Assembly: GCA_025594325.1 (NCBI GenBank)
Contig: JANHCV010000014.1
Location: 62,001 to 126,000, forward strand
Source: Blastocladiella emersonii ATCC 22665
Lineage: Eukaryota; Fungi; Blastocladiomycota
Reading direction: 5' to 3'
Length of the DNA stretch: 64,000 nucleotides
Within the stretch, counting starts at the first letter, position 1. Each line of letters starts with the position of its first letter. The position numbers and the translations under genes are program-made. The notes beneath the pieces were generated by a model. That model was not told the DNA's origin. It saw only the letters and a list, made by a program, of their open reading frames with translations, and ran no database searches. Positions 47,620 through 58,856 of the stretch are shown here, piece after piece.

Positions 47620-48480
47620 CTAGATCGCCATGATCGCCGGATCCACTTCGCGCACCGCGTCCGAGACCACAAACACGCACCGCGGCCGGTGAACCTTGTA
47701 GTTGCGCTGTGGCGGGCCCTGGTTGACAAACAGCCAGTACCGGTGCACCCGCTTGCTGATGCAGTCGCGCCGCTTGCCGCGCACCTCGAGCTGCGCAAAC
47801 GCCTTGTCGTTCCACGGCGTGTGCGCGTGCTGGTACTGCGGCGAGACGGCGCGAGGTGCGTCGCGTGGCGTGCCTTTGGGCGGGGACTCGAGCCGCGGCG
47901 CGCCGTGCTGGCTGCCGCCGAACCGCACCACCTCGTACCGCTTGGCCTGTCGCTTAGCCTGGCGCTTGGTCTTGTTCCGCTGCTGCTTCCGGAACGCGCG
48001 GCGGTGGGCCTTTCGTTCCGCGTTGGTGAACGAAGACCAGTCCCACTTCTTTTTGATCAACGGGCTCCAGCGGTAGCCGAACAACTCGGCCGCCGGGTCG
48101 CGCGCCCGCGCGTTGTTGGGCTCTGGAACGGGTTTAGGCTTTTTCTGCTTCTTCTTCTTCTTCTTCTTCTTCTGCCTCGGCGGCGGTGGCTCGCGACGCT
48201 CGTGACGAGCAGGAGAGTCAGCGGATGGAGCGGGACCGTCCTCAGTCGGCGGTGGTGAGGTGCGACGCTCACGACGCGTGCGACGTTCGCGACGAGCGGG
48301 AGGGTCGGGAGGCGGAGCGGGGCTGATCTCGGTCGGCACCGGCGCGGCCGCGGCAGCAGGTTCAGGAAGCAGAGCGGGGCAGGACTCGGTTGGCGACGGC
48401 GACGGCGCGACGACAGGCGCAGGATCAGTGGAGGGGCTATAAGTCCAGTTGTCTCTGTAACGTGGTCTCCGTCTGCCCAT
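47620..48480 (-). CDS. Hypothetical Pro/Lys/Arg-rich basic protein
   Basis: ORF from MGRRRPRY; poly-Lys from a (CTT)n tract near 48146-48172. The C-terminal motif is shared with the fragment at 49184-49440. Confidence 0.55.
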   Translation of the reverse strand: MGRRRPRYRDNWTYSPSTDPAPVVAPSPSPTESCPALLPEPAAAAAPVPTEISPAPPPDPPARRERRTRRERRTSPPPTEDGPAPSADSPARHERREPPPPRQKKKKKKKKQKKPKPVPEPNNARARDPAAELFGYRWSPLIKKKWDWSSFTNAERKAHRRAFRKQQRNKTKRQAKRQAKRYEVVRFGGSQHGAPRLESPPKGTPRDAPRAVSPQYQHAHTPWNDKAFAQLEVRGKRRDCISKRVHRYWLFVNQGPPQRNYKVHRPRCVFVVSDAVREVDPAIMAI

Positions 48481-49183
48481 GATCGCGAGTTTACGTTCGA
48501 GGAGCGAGCGAGTCGTTCGGCAGATCGAGTTGGCGACGAGCTGCGATGATGGACAGGCGCTGGACCTGTCAAGGACAGCATCCCGCAGCTCTGCTGTGCG
48601 CGCGCGTCCGAAACCACGCGCCGCTCCAAGATCAGTGACCTGACGCGTCCGAGACGCGACGCACGAGGACGTATGTGTGCGCAACGATGCTCTCCGCCGT
48701 AAGCAACAAGGTTACTTCGAGCTGCTCCGGGGACGCGCGCTTGACACCTTTAGAGCGCGCATTGAGATTTCGACGCTCTGCGCTGTGACTACGGGCGGCA
48801 AGCGGCAAAATCGGGGATTATCTTGTTCCCGAGCGCACTCAAAGCTGATGAAAAGGCGAGGGGCAAGCCTTAACATTGAGAGCGTAGCGCGGGGTACGGG
48901 TCGGCAGGTGGCGTCACGGACGCGGCGAGCCTGCTCCACGCCGAATGCCAAGTCGCGCTGACCCACTGCGTCAGGCCTGATCCTGCGCGATCGAGATGCA
49001 TAACATAGCAGAAGCGTATTGCATTGAGTTGCATTTGGAGATTCATTGAGTGCGATGGAGAAGTGACAGGAGGCGCGGAGATCAGGTCGACATGAGCGTC
49101 GCGTCTCGCTTCCCCGCGCGTGGTCCTCTGGCCGAACGTGGCCTGACACTTTGGGCAATCCCCTCGCCTTGACGACGCAGATC

Positions 49184-49440
49184 TCAAAGAGGAGCTGTGA
49201 ATGATACATGTTTACATTGCGCCGCGTCCTTGCGCGCAAACCCGCGCCGAGAACGGTGCACCGGACCCTTGCTGACGAAGAGCCATTGCCGATCCGCGCG
49301 CTTGCTGTAGCTGTCGCGCCTTTTGCTGCAGCGGGGCGAGAAGTCGACGACGTCCGGGTGCACGGCCGAGTACTCGGGGTAGCTTTGCGGGACGGCTTCT
49401 CGCCGCTCCAACCGCGTGGGTGCCTGCTGGTACTCAAGTC
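49184..49440 (-). pseudogene. Paralogous fragment of the 47620-48480 orphan
   Basis: SKRRDSYSKRADRQWLFVSKGP versus GKRRDCISKRVHRYWLFVNQGP; also RLE...AVPQSY versus RLE...AVSPQY. Confidence 0.5.
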
Positions 49441-49856
49441 GTAGCCGCTACGAGCCCCCGTTGATGCGTTCACAGTCTGGCTCAGGCTGCGATGTGAGCG
49501 GTATTCATGCCGCCGTGGGGATCTGCGCAAGCAATGGAGGTGAAGGTCCAAGTCGTTGATCGCCTTAGCCGAGGATGAGAGCGTCTCTAAAGGGAGCGTA
49601 CGGGCAGGCGGACGGCGTCGCGGACGCAGAGATCGCGCTCCTCGCCACCGGCCGGGTCGACTTGACCCACTGCAGCCGACTCTCTTCCGTACAACGAGGA
49701 CACATAGCATAGCAGATGGCGTTTGCATAGAGTTACATGTGCTAGTTCATTGACACCAGCGAGGGCTGACAGTAAGCGCGCCGACGAGGCCGATATGAGC
49801 GGCGCGAGTCGCCACACTCGGTCCTCTCTCCCCCACAACAACATCAAACGGATCTC

Positions 49857-50747
49857 ATGCACATTACAAACCCAATCGTCGCCCGTCTTGCCGAAGCCGC
49901 GCTGCCCGTCGTCCCCGTGGTGCGCGTGGTGGCCGACCGGTCGGACGCGGGCGTCGCGGCGGTTCTGGAGCACCTCGGCCCTAACGACCCGGGCCAGGCC
50001 GTCGTTGTGGCGGCGGGCTTCGTGTACACGACGCTGTACGGCAAGCGCAAGCGGCAGCCTTGTTCCACGGCACCGACGACGACTTCGGTGGCGGCGGGGG
50101 CGGGTGGCGCGGCGCCGACCGCGACGGTGCTGCCCGACGCGAGCAGCGGCGTGTACCCGCCCGAACCCGTCCCGGCCGCGCCGTACGCGCAGCCCGCCGC
50201 GCACGTCGAGGAGAGCGAGGACGAGGACGCGCGGCTCCCGGTACACCTGTCGATGGCGACGCCGACGCCCAAGTCGCACATCACGCTGCACGTGCGCCCG
50301 TTCGACGGCGTCGCGCACACGCTGAACCCGAGCGCGGCCACGGCCGAGGTGCACCTGAGCAGCACGTACCTGTCGCGCCAGCCGCCGGCGCGGCTCGCGG
50401 CCGAGATCTGGGGCGTGCTGGTGCACGAGCTCGTGCACGCGTACCAGGGCAGCGCGCACGACACGGCGCCCGGCGGGCTGATCGAGGGCGTCGCCGACTA
50501 CGTGCGCCTGCGTGCCGGGCTCGCGCCGCCGCACTGGCGCCGGAAGACGGGTGGGCGGTGGGACGGCGGGTATGACGTTACAGCGTACTTTCTCGACTGG
50601 ATCGAGCGCGCCGTGTTCCCCGGGTTCACGCGCGTGCTCAACGGGATCCTCGTCGCGATGCCGCGGTGGGACGAGCAGGTTGTCGCGGAAGTGACGGGGC
50701 ACCCGGTCGGCGCGCTGTGGGACCTGTACCAGGACGACCTTGCGTAG
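49857..50747 (+). CDS. BSP family (basic secretory protein / peptidase of plants and bacteria) HExxH protein
   Basis: GVLVHELVHAYQ, GLIEGVADYVRLRAG, WDGGYDVTAYFLDW. Confidence 0.9.
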   Translation: MHITNPIVARLAEAALPVVPVVRVVADRSDAGVAAVLEHLGPNDPGQAVVVAAGFVYTTLYGKRKRQPCSTAPTTTSVAAGAGGAAPTATVLPDASSGVYPPEPVPAAPYAQPAAHVEESEDEDARLPVHLSMATPTPKSHITLHVRPFDGVAHTLNPSAATAEVHLSSTYLSRQPPARLAAEIWGVLVHELVHAYQGSAHDTAPGGLIEGVADYVRLRAGLAPPHWRRKTGGRWDGGYDVTAYFLDWIERAVFPGFTRVLNGILVAMPRWDEQVVAEVTGHPVGALWDLYQDDLA

Positions 50748-51298
50748 TCGGCTGCTCGTCCTGCGAGGCGCAGTCGCGCGTCGTGACGCGACGCGTCGCG
50801 GTTCGCGGGCTGGCTGGTCGGGCTGGGGACGCTGCGCCACGACGGCGTCTGGGGCGCGTTTCAGGCCGCATGCACGTCGCCGGCCCCATGCCGTGGCCAA
50901 ATTTGATATAGATTACGCTTTCACTCCACCTCTCGCACGCGAGTAATACAGCGAGTCGGTATATGAGCGAGTCGGTGACCGCGTCGCGCGAGCGTAGTGG
51001 CGCAATAAAGGACGCCGGTGTGGCGGATGGTTGCACGCCGCGGCGTCGGCGGCAGCGACCAGAGAATCGATTGGCCAACCGCTGGACGGCTGGAGGTGGG
51101 CCCACCTTGGCCCGGCCCGAAGCGCGGAAGCAGCGTTGCTCAGCGGCAGCAGGCCCCACCGCCACATGCAGGCACAAACCCTCGTCCCTCGCTCCTCCCC
51201 CGAACTCAAGCTCTCGCTCTACAGCGTAAAACAAACGCATATCTTAACCCACTCAACCGCTCTGCGCCAACGACCGTGATCTAGCGACGAAAGCAACC

Positions 51299-52273
51299 AT
51301 GACCGCGACCATCGACCCCGCCCCGGCCTCGATGGCCAAGCCCGAGGCCACGACCACCGCCGCCGCTCCCGACGCGGCACCCAAGGCCAAGGGGATGCAG
51401 AAGATGGTGGCGGGCATCGCGTACCCGCGCGACGCCAGCGCATCGTACGTGGTGTCGGTGGCCACGCTGCTGTGGGTGCGGGCGGCGATCCTGGCCTTCT
51501 GCGTCTTCATCACGGTGGCCGGCTTTGTCCGCTGGATGCGGGACGGCGAGGGAACGCTGGCAGACCTACGCTGGGCCTTCATGTTCACCCATATCAACTA
51601 CTTCTTTATTATGGGTTACCTTGTGGTGCGTAGCCTAGGGTTGGGTCGCGGCAACGCGGGCCTCAGTAACCGACCACGCGCCTCACTGACCGACCACACG
51701 CCGTGCATCGTCTAGCTCTCGATTCTCATCACGCGGCGCGCACTGCCGAGCGGGCTCACGGACGAGGCGGTGATGTCGCGGTTCACGGCGGTGGTGCACT
51801 CGACGCTGTACTCGTGGATGTGCTGCTTCCAGCACATTGTGACGATCGTGTACTGGCTGTTCCTCAGCAAGGGCTTCTTCGAGAGCACGAGCACGCTGGG
51901 CCGCACCGTGTCCGTGTCGCAGCACGGCATCAGCCTGCTGACCGTGTATGTCGAGATTGTGCTGGGCGCGATGCACATTAACGTGTGGGCCATTGTGCCC
52001 GCGCTGGTCCTCATCGTGGTGTACACGGGGTGGGCGTTCCTGTACTACTTCATGTGCTCGGGCGCGGGCGACGCGTGCACGGCGAGCCCGTGGGTGTACG
52101 GGTTCCTCGACGTCAGCAAGCCCGCGGCCGCGTACATGTACCCGGGGGTCCTGCTCGCCACCTTCTTCTTCTTCGCCTTCGCCGTCGGGCTGCACCGCGT
52201 GCGCGACCGCGCCTACGCTGGCCGCGCGCTGCGGGTGCCTGGCGCCGAGGGCAAGGCGGCGAGCGCGGCGTAG
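51299..52273 (+). CDS. Multi-pass membrane protein, FAR-17a/AIG1-like or rolling-stone-like, 2 exons
   Basis: About six hydrophobic helices with FMFTHINY, IVTIVYW, QHG and WVYGFLD motifs; intron about 51625-51714. Confidence 0.65.
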
Positions 52274-52917
52274 GTCGTCCAGATTGTCGAATATAGATCC
52301 ACTCAGTGTCCCCAACACGATTCGATAGCGAGAGCGTGGACTTGCTCACGTCCTTGCACCTCTCCCTCACACAGCAACCCTCCCGTGACGCTCAGGAACG
52401 CATCCAGGGCGGCGCCAAGGCTCGCGACAAGGCAGGGCGCGCTCAGGCAGTCGGTCGAGTCGGCGAGGGCCTTGGCGTGCTGGCGGGTCCGACATGCGCT
52501 CTGCCAAGCGCCGAGGGCAGGCTTACATCACAACAACAAGGACATGTCAGGGTGTTGCATGGCAGCGCGAGGGTTCCATCGTGGCTGTGCGCAGGGAGGG
52601 GGACGCCGAGGAGCGTGGTAGCGATCGGAAGCGGTCTTGGCGCGACCCCGGGAATTTGGGTTTGGTCGCTGTGCGGTGACGACGCGCGTCGGAGTTCGCG
52701 GTTCGCGGAACGGGCGGCCGCTTCTCCTCTCCCCCTCCCCCCTTCCTTCTCCGCACCCGCACAAAAAGTCTCCCGTCTCCCATAGATCCCGCGTCCGTCG
52801 CTGCGGCTCTCCTCGCGCAACCTTCTGGTCGGAGCCGACCGCATTCATGTAACCGAACCGACCCAACGACTTTGCGCAACGCACCCACCACCACCACCAC
52901 CACCACCACGACCCGCC

Positions 52918-55900
52918 ATGAACTCGGCCGTCTTCGCCTTCCTGCAGGCCAGCCTGCAGTCCGAGGCCCAGTCGCCGCCGTCGCCCACCTCGCCCGGCGC
53001 GAGCAAGGAGGTGCGCGTCCGCCCGCCCGTGTCCGTGGGAACCGCTCCGACTCGGACACTCATCGCACCCTTCCCCATAGCCCGGCTCGGCCAGCCCGCC
53101 CGCCCTCGCCCGCCTCGCCCCCACCGCCGTCGACAGCCTCGACCTGAGCCCCGAGGACGCCTTCCCGAGCCTGCTCGCCGGCGTCGCCCGCTCCTCATAC
53201 GCCGCCGCCCCCTCCCCCGCCGGCCTCTTCCGCACCGCCCCACCGCCGCTCCCGCCGCGCAGCCGATCCAGCTCCACCAACGACGAGGATGACGAGCCCG
53301 GCGAGGGCCCGCTGCGCCCGCCGCCCGCCCTCCCGCCCCGCCCCTTCCACTCGGCCATGACCCTGCCCACGGCGCCGGCAGGGCCGCGGCCCGACCTCCC
53401 GCCGCGACCTGCCACCTCGGCCGGCACCGCGCCCACCACGCCGCCGAAGCTGTTCCTCGCCTCGCTCGGACCGCGGAACGGGAGCCCCGTCGCCAAGGAC
53501 GCGCCCGCCGTCGGCCCCGCCGTGCGGCCCGAGGAGAGCTCGACCGAGGACGAGGACGACGACGGTGCCGACCGCGATCCGGCCGCGGCCACCGTGACCC
53601 GCGAGCTCGCGACCGCGTCGCCTACACCCGTCCAGGACGCCGCCGTCCCCGACGCCGCGCCGCCCGCCGCGCTGTCCACGGACCCGCTCGCGCGCCTGAC
53701 CGCCGCCTTCGACCTGGGCGCCGCGCCGCCGACCAAATTCCACGGCGAGTTCTCGTGCTGGCTGATGCGCAACGTGCTGCTGCGCGGCTACCTGTACGTG
53801 CTCGACACCCACCTGTGCTTCTACGCCCGCGTCCCGCACGCCTCGAGCCCGCGCCGACACGCCGGCTTCCTCGCCAAGCGCGGCAAGCTCGGCACCGACT
53901 CCACCTACTGGTTCGTCCTGCACGGGTCCAGCCTCTCCTGCTACGCCAACGCCACCGACACCTACTACCCGGTCGACGCCGTCGACCTGCGCGACGTCGC
54001 CTCCGTCGAGCTGTCGCGGTCCAACCCGACCGGCCTCAAGCTGCGCATCCGCGACGCCAACGGCGGCGAGCCCAACCGCGTCTGGCGCCTGTCGACCGAC
54101 TCGCCGCAGGCCCAGCGCGAGTGGTTCCGCCTGCTCCAGGAGGCCAGCTTTTTGGTGCAGAACACGGACGACGTGCGCCTCGTCCTCCCCTGCGCCGCCT
54201 TCTCGCGCGTCGCCGTGTCCTCGTCCGACCACGCCGCACGCATCACCGTCGCCTACTCGGCCCTCGGCGGCCACCCGGCGCTCCCCGCGCCCGCCGACGA
54301 GGACGACGAGGAGGAGTACGTGTTCGCGTACTTTGGGGCGAACGAGGAAACCGTGTTCCCGCTCCTCGCCTCGCTCGTCCCCGCGCGGCCCGCGCGCCAC
54401 GCGTCCCTGTCCGACGGGCTCGTGCCCTCGGCCGCATCGCCCACGGGTATCAAGCGCATTGGCGCCTCGCTCGGGCTCGGCCGATGGGCCGCCGGCGCGG
54501 CGTCGCCGCCCGTCTTCGTCAAGGACCTGTACGCGCACCACCGCCCGACGTCGGCGCCCTCGTCGCCCGTCCACGGATCTGCCCCGCTGGCGACGGCGGC
54601 GGCGGCGCCGGTCCCGGCGCTCACCATCACGACCGAGGTGCCGACGACGGCCGCGACCGCGACGTCGGCGCCCGCCACCCCGATTGATTCCCCCTCAACG
54701 CAGCAGCCCCTCCTCGGCGGCGCCATGAACCTGATCCGCCGCCTGTCACACCGCCGCTCGCACAGCGACGTGCGGGTCCCGCTCGGCGGCGCGCTCGGCG
54801 GCTCGCCCGACGCTTCATGCGACCCCGCGCTGCTCAACCGCGTCGACTCGGGCGCCTCGCTCGTGACTGCCCCGAGCATCGACGCCGCCGACGCGGCCGC
54901 CGCGGGCAGCACCACGCCCGGGCCCGGCGCCGCGCGCCGCGCGCACCGGCGCAACTCGTCGCTCGACCTCGGCCGCGGCCGGCTCGCGTCGCTCAGCGGC
55001 GCCGCATCGCCGACGTCCGGATCGCGCCCCGCGCTCGATCTCGTCGCGCCCTCGGCGTCTGTGACCGCCGCCATCGTCGACTCGGCGCTCGCCGCCGTCA
55101 AGGGCGTCGCGGCGGTCCCCGGCGTCGTGTCGGACCTGCTGATCCGGTCGCGCCAGCCGTCCGAGACCTCCGTCGCGGCGCTGCCCCCGACGGCCCCGTC
55201 GGCCGCCGACACGCAGGCGGCGCTCGACGCCGAGTTCCTCGCGACCTTCAAGACCGCCGACACGGTCGCCGTGCGCGTCCCCGGGTACCTCGTCCGCACG
55301 CTCGCGCACTACGGCCGCCTGTACGTCGGCAAGGGACACCTCGCCTTCAAGCCCAGCGTCACGCTGCTCCCCGGCCGACGCGGCGGGAACTGCGTCGTCC
55401 CGCGCACCGAGATTGTCGGCGTCGTGCCGACTGGCGAGCGCGGGATGAATGTTGCCGCGAAGAACGGCGAGCTCGTGTTCCAGTTTGCCTCGGCTGAGGT
55501 CCGCGACCACGTTGTGCGCGCGCTCACGGTCGCGGTGCAGCAGGAGGGTGGGGAGGGGGAGGTGGAGGCGGATCCCGCAAGTCTCGTCCAGTGCTCGAGC
55601 ATTCTGCAGGGGATCAAGCCCGTCGAGACCGCGGCGGTCGCGCAGGTCGCACCACCGGCAGTCGCAGTCGAGGCGCAGCCGCATCTCAGTGTTGGTACGC
55701 TACCTCTCGCCTTTGCATCCGCGCAAACCACAACTGACCCGCGCCCACCCTGTAGAGGACATTGACCTGCTCCCGCAGATCGTGCACGAGCAGTACAAGG
55801 TGCCGCGCCCACCGCCGCCGCCGATGCGCATCACGGTGATGACGATCGGGACGCGCGGCGACGTGCAGCCGTTCATTGCGCTGTGCCAGGGCCTGCAGCG

Positions 55901-57251
55901 CGCCGGGCACACGGTGCGGCTGGCCACGCACCTCGAGTACCAGCCGTGGATCGAGAGCCACGGGATCGCGTTCCGCGAGATCAAGGGCGAGCCCGCCGAG
56001 ATCATGCAGCTGTGCGTCGACTACCCGATGTTCTCGCTCGGGTTCGCGCGCCAGGTGTACGGCAAGTTCCGCGGGTGGATCGGCGAGCTGCTCGACACGG
56101 CGTGGACCGCGTGCCAGGACTCGGACCTGATCATCGAGGCCGCCGGCGCGCTCGGCGCCGGGTACCACATTGCCGAGAAGCTCCAGATCCCCGTGATGCG
56201 CGCGTTCATGATGCCGTGGACCCGTACGTCGGCCTTCGCCCACCCGTTCGCGCCCGTCCAGGAATCCCCCGTCGTCGCGTCCGGGCTCGGGTACAACTCG
56301 ACCACCTTCACGCTCGCCGAGCAGGCCATCTGGGCCGCGACCCGCCCCATCATCAACCGGTGGCGCAGGAGGACCCTCGGGCTCCCGTCCGTCTGGACCG
56401 CCGACCTCCGCAGCGTCCCCTTCATCTACGGCATCTCGCCCGCCGTCATGCCCCCGCCGCCCGAGTGGCCCGACTGGGTCCACGTCTGCGGGTACTGGTT
56501 CCTCCCCTCGCCGCTCAACGCGTGGACCCCGCCCGACCCGCTCGCGCAGTTTTTGGCCGTCGACCCCGCGCGCACCGTGTACATCGGGTTCGGGTCGATC
56601 GTCGTCCCTGACCCCGACGAAATGTCGCGCGTCATCGTCGCTAGTGTCCGCCGCGCGGGCGTCCGCGCCATCGTGTGCCGCGGGTGGAGCGACCGGCTCT
56701 CGAGCGGCAAAAAGTCGGCCGCGGCGTCAACCGCGTGCGCGTCGATCCTCGAGCTCGACAGCGTCCCGCACGAGTGGCTGTTCCCGCGCGTCCGCGGCGT
56801 CGTGCACCACGGCGGGTCCGGGACCACGGCCGCGGGGCTCCGGTTCGGCGTCCCCTGCATCATCAAGCCCTTCTTCGGCGACCAGTTCTTCTGGGCCGCG
56901 CGCGTCGAGGAGCTCGGCGCGGGGATCGCCGTCCGCCGACTCGTCGAGGACAAGTTCGCCCCCGCCCTCACGGCGCTCGTCTCCGACACGCGTATACAGC
57001 AGCGCGCCAAGGCCGTCGGCGAGCGGATCAACGCCGAGGACGGCGTCGAGACTGCCATCAAGGCGATTTACCGCGACCTCGACTACGCGCGGGCCGTCAC
57101 CCGGCAGCGTGTCGCGGCGACGGCGGCAGGCATCAACGTTGTCCACCAGCAGCAGGCGCAGGTGGGTTCGAGCGCGGCGGTTTCCCCGCTGCCAACGCCT
57201 GGAGCGGCGAGCGCGAGCTCCAACCCGCTGCGGAGGATCCTGTCGACGTGA
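52918..57251 (+). CDS. ATG26: Sterol 3-beta-glucosyltransferase (GRAM-PH-GRAM-GT28-UDPGT)
   Basis: FSCWLMRNVLLRGYLYV (GRAM), PH region YWFVLHGSSLSCY, second GRAM YGRLYV, ITVMTIGTRGDVQPFIAL, YIGFGSIVV, PHEWLFPRVRGVVHHGGSGTT, PFFGDQFFW. Confidence 0.95.
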
Positions 57252-57681
57252 CGAGTGGGAGGTGACGTGAGGTGTTAGAGGGAGATGATATAGTATGACT
57301 TGAATTGCACAGCTCAATCGTGGTTTGGATGTGGTGGCTGAGTATGAGAGAGTGCCATGCTCATCAAACAAGTCCGTATGAGCTAGTTTGATAGAGGCGC
57401 TATCCGAGCTGGAGCTCGGGAACCGCGCGCACAGCCACCGCGGTGACCGAGCGATGGGCGACTGGGTAGTGCTTTAGTCAAGGAACACGAAGGCTCGAGC
57501 ACAGTTTAAACGTGATTGAGCCGAAGGTGGTAGCTGAGTGCAAGGAGCGTGATAGATCGAGTGAGCTTCGCGTCTCAACGTGGCGGGGACGTGCCGGTCA
57601 TCCGCACGTGGCGAGTGACACGAATGCGCAAATTGCGTTGGTTGCCTCCGACGCTCCCTCCTCTGACGAGAACGCACTACC

Positions 57682-58856
57682 ACGGATCTGAATCTTGCTC
57701 CAATTTTATGCAATCTACCCGAAAAGCTCCTGCGCAACCTCGTTGCGCGCGTTTCCTTTCACGATGGCTTCTACGCGGGCCACGCCTCGCTCATCGCACT
57801 GGCCCGCGTCTCCCGCGAGCTGTACGACGTTGCCATGGCAGAAATCGCTCTTGATATCTCTTTTGAATCCTGTGCCATCCTCAGCGACGGCGTTCTCGAC
57901 TCTCCCAGGTACACGCTCACGCACCGCGGGCTGTACGCCAAGGGGGACGCGCCCGGGTCGCCCGGCTTCCCCATCAATGTCGCGTTGGTGCGCAGTGTTC
58001 GAATGACCCCACTTTTCCCCGCGCCGGCAACGGTCCTTCGCGGCTCTCCGCCTCGCCCCCCATGTGCGCTCTCCTGAGGCGCGCGACGGAGGCCAGTCGC
58101 CTCACGATCCAAAAGAACGACTCGGCAGCGACGCTGCGGACACTGGTCGGCCTTGTCGCGGATCGTATCACGTCTTTTGACTTGCGTCTCGGGTGCACCA
58201 GTGAGTTGGCGGCGCTTGCCGACCCGTTCTTCCCGTGTGTGACCGACATCCGCGTTTATTACGATAACCGAGGGAAAGACGACGATCACAACACCGTCTC
58301 CGTTCTTCCCGACTTTTCTCTCTTGCTTCCTGCTGTGACAAGCATCAAGTTGTACGTTGACGATTTGGGCGCAGCATCGATAGCGAAGCTTCTCGGCGGC
58401 TTCCCAACACTTCAGCACCTCAAGATTCGAACCAATCCGTATCACGGCGCCGATTCGATGACGAATGCTTCCGACGGCGGAGACCGCGGCATTGCCATAG
58501 GTATCGCCGCCGACCAACTCGAAATGATGCCGCGCGCGCTTTCGCCGCAGCTCGCCTCACTACAGCTTGAATTGCGCTTGGCGACCACGATCCTTGAACA
58601 TCTCCTACCGAACCCAGAGTGCCGGCTTCGCAAGCTCCACGGCTGCCGGCTTCACGTGGTACTTGATGGCGAGCGGTTTCCGCGTCTCACAACACTGCGT
58701 AACCACGAAGGGTCTTACGCTGCGCTGACAATCTGCGTTTGGCCTCGTGACGTTTCTGGACTGCATCTCCTGCCCGAACTCGGAATCAACTCTTTTTGTC
58801 CAGCGTTGGCGGGCGCAATCGCAACTGCCGCTTCCACATTGCACTCTGACCAATGA
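57682..58856 (+). pseudogene. Family-2 paralog E (F-box-like plus LRR-like), start codon ACG, frameshifted, 3'-truncated
   Basis: TDLNLAPILCNLPEKLL aligns residue for residue with MEHVPGPNLCNLPSKIL of ORF 61049. Frameshift between about 58003 and 58050. LRR-like units LQHLKIRT, LASLQLEL. Confidence 0.7.
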
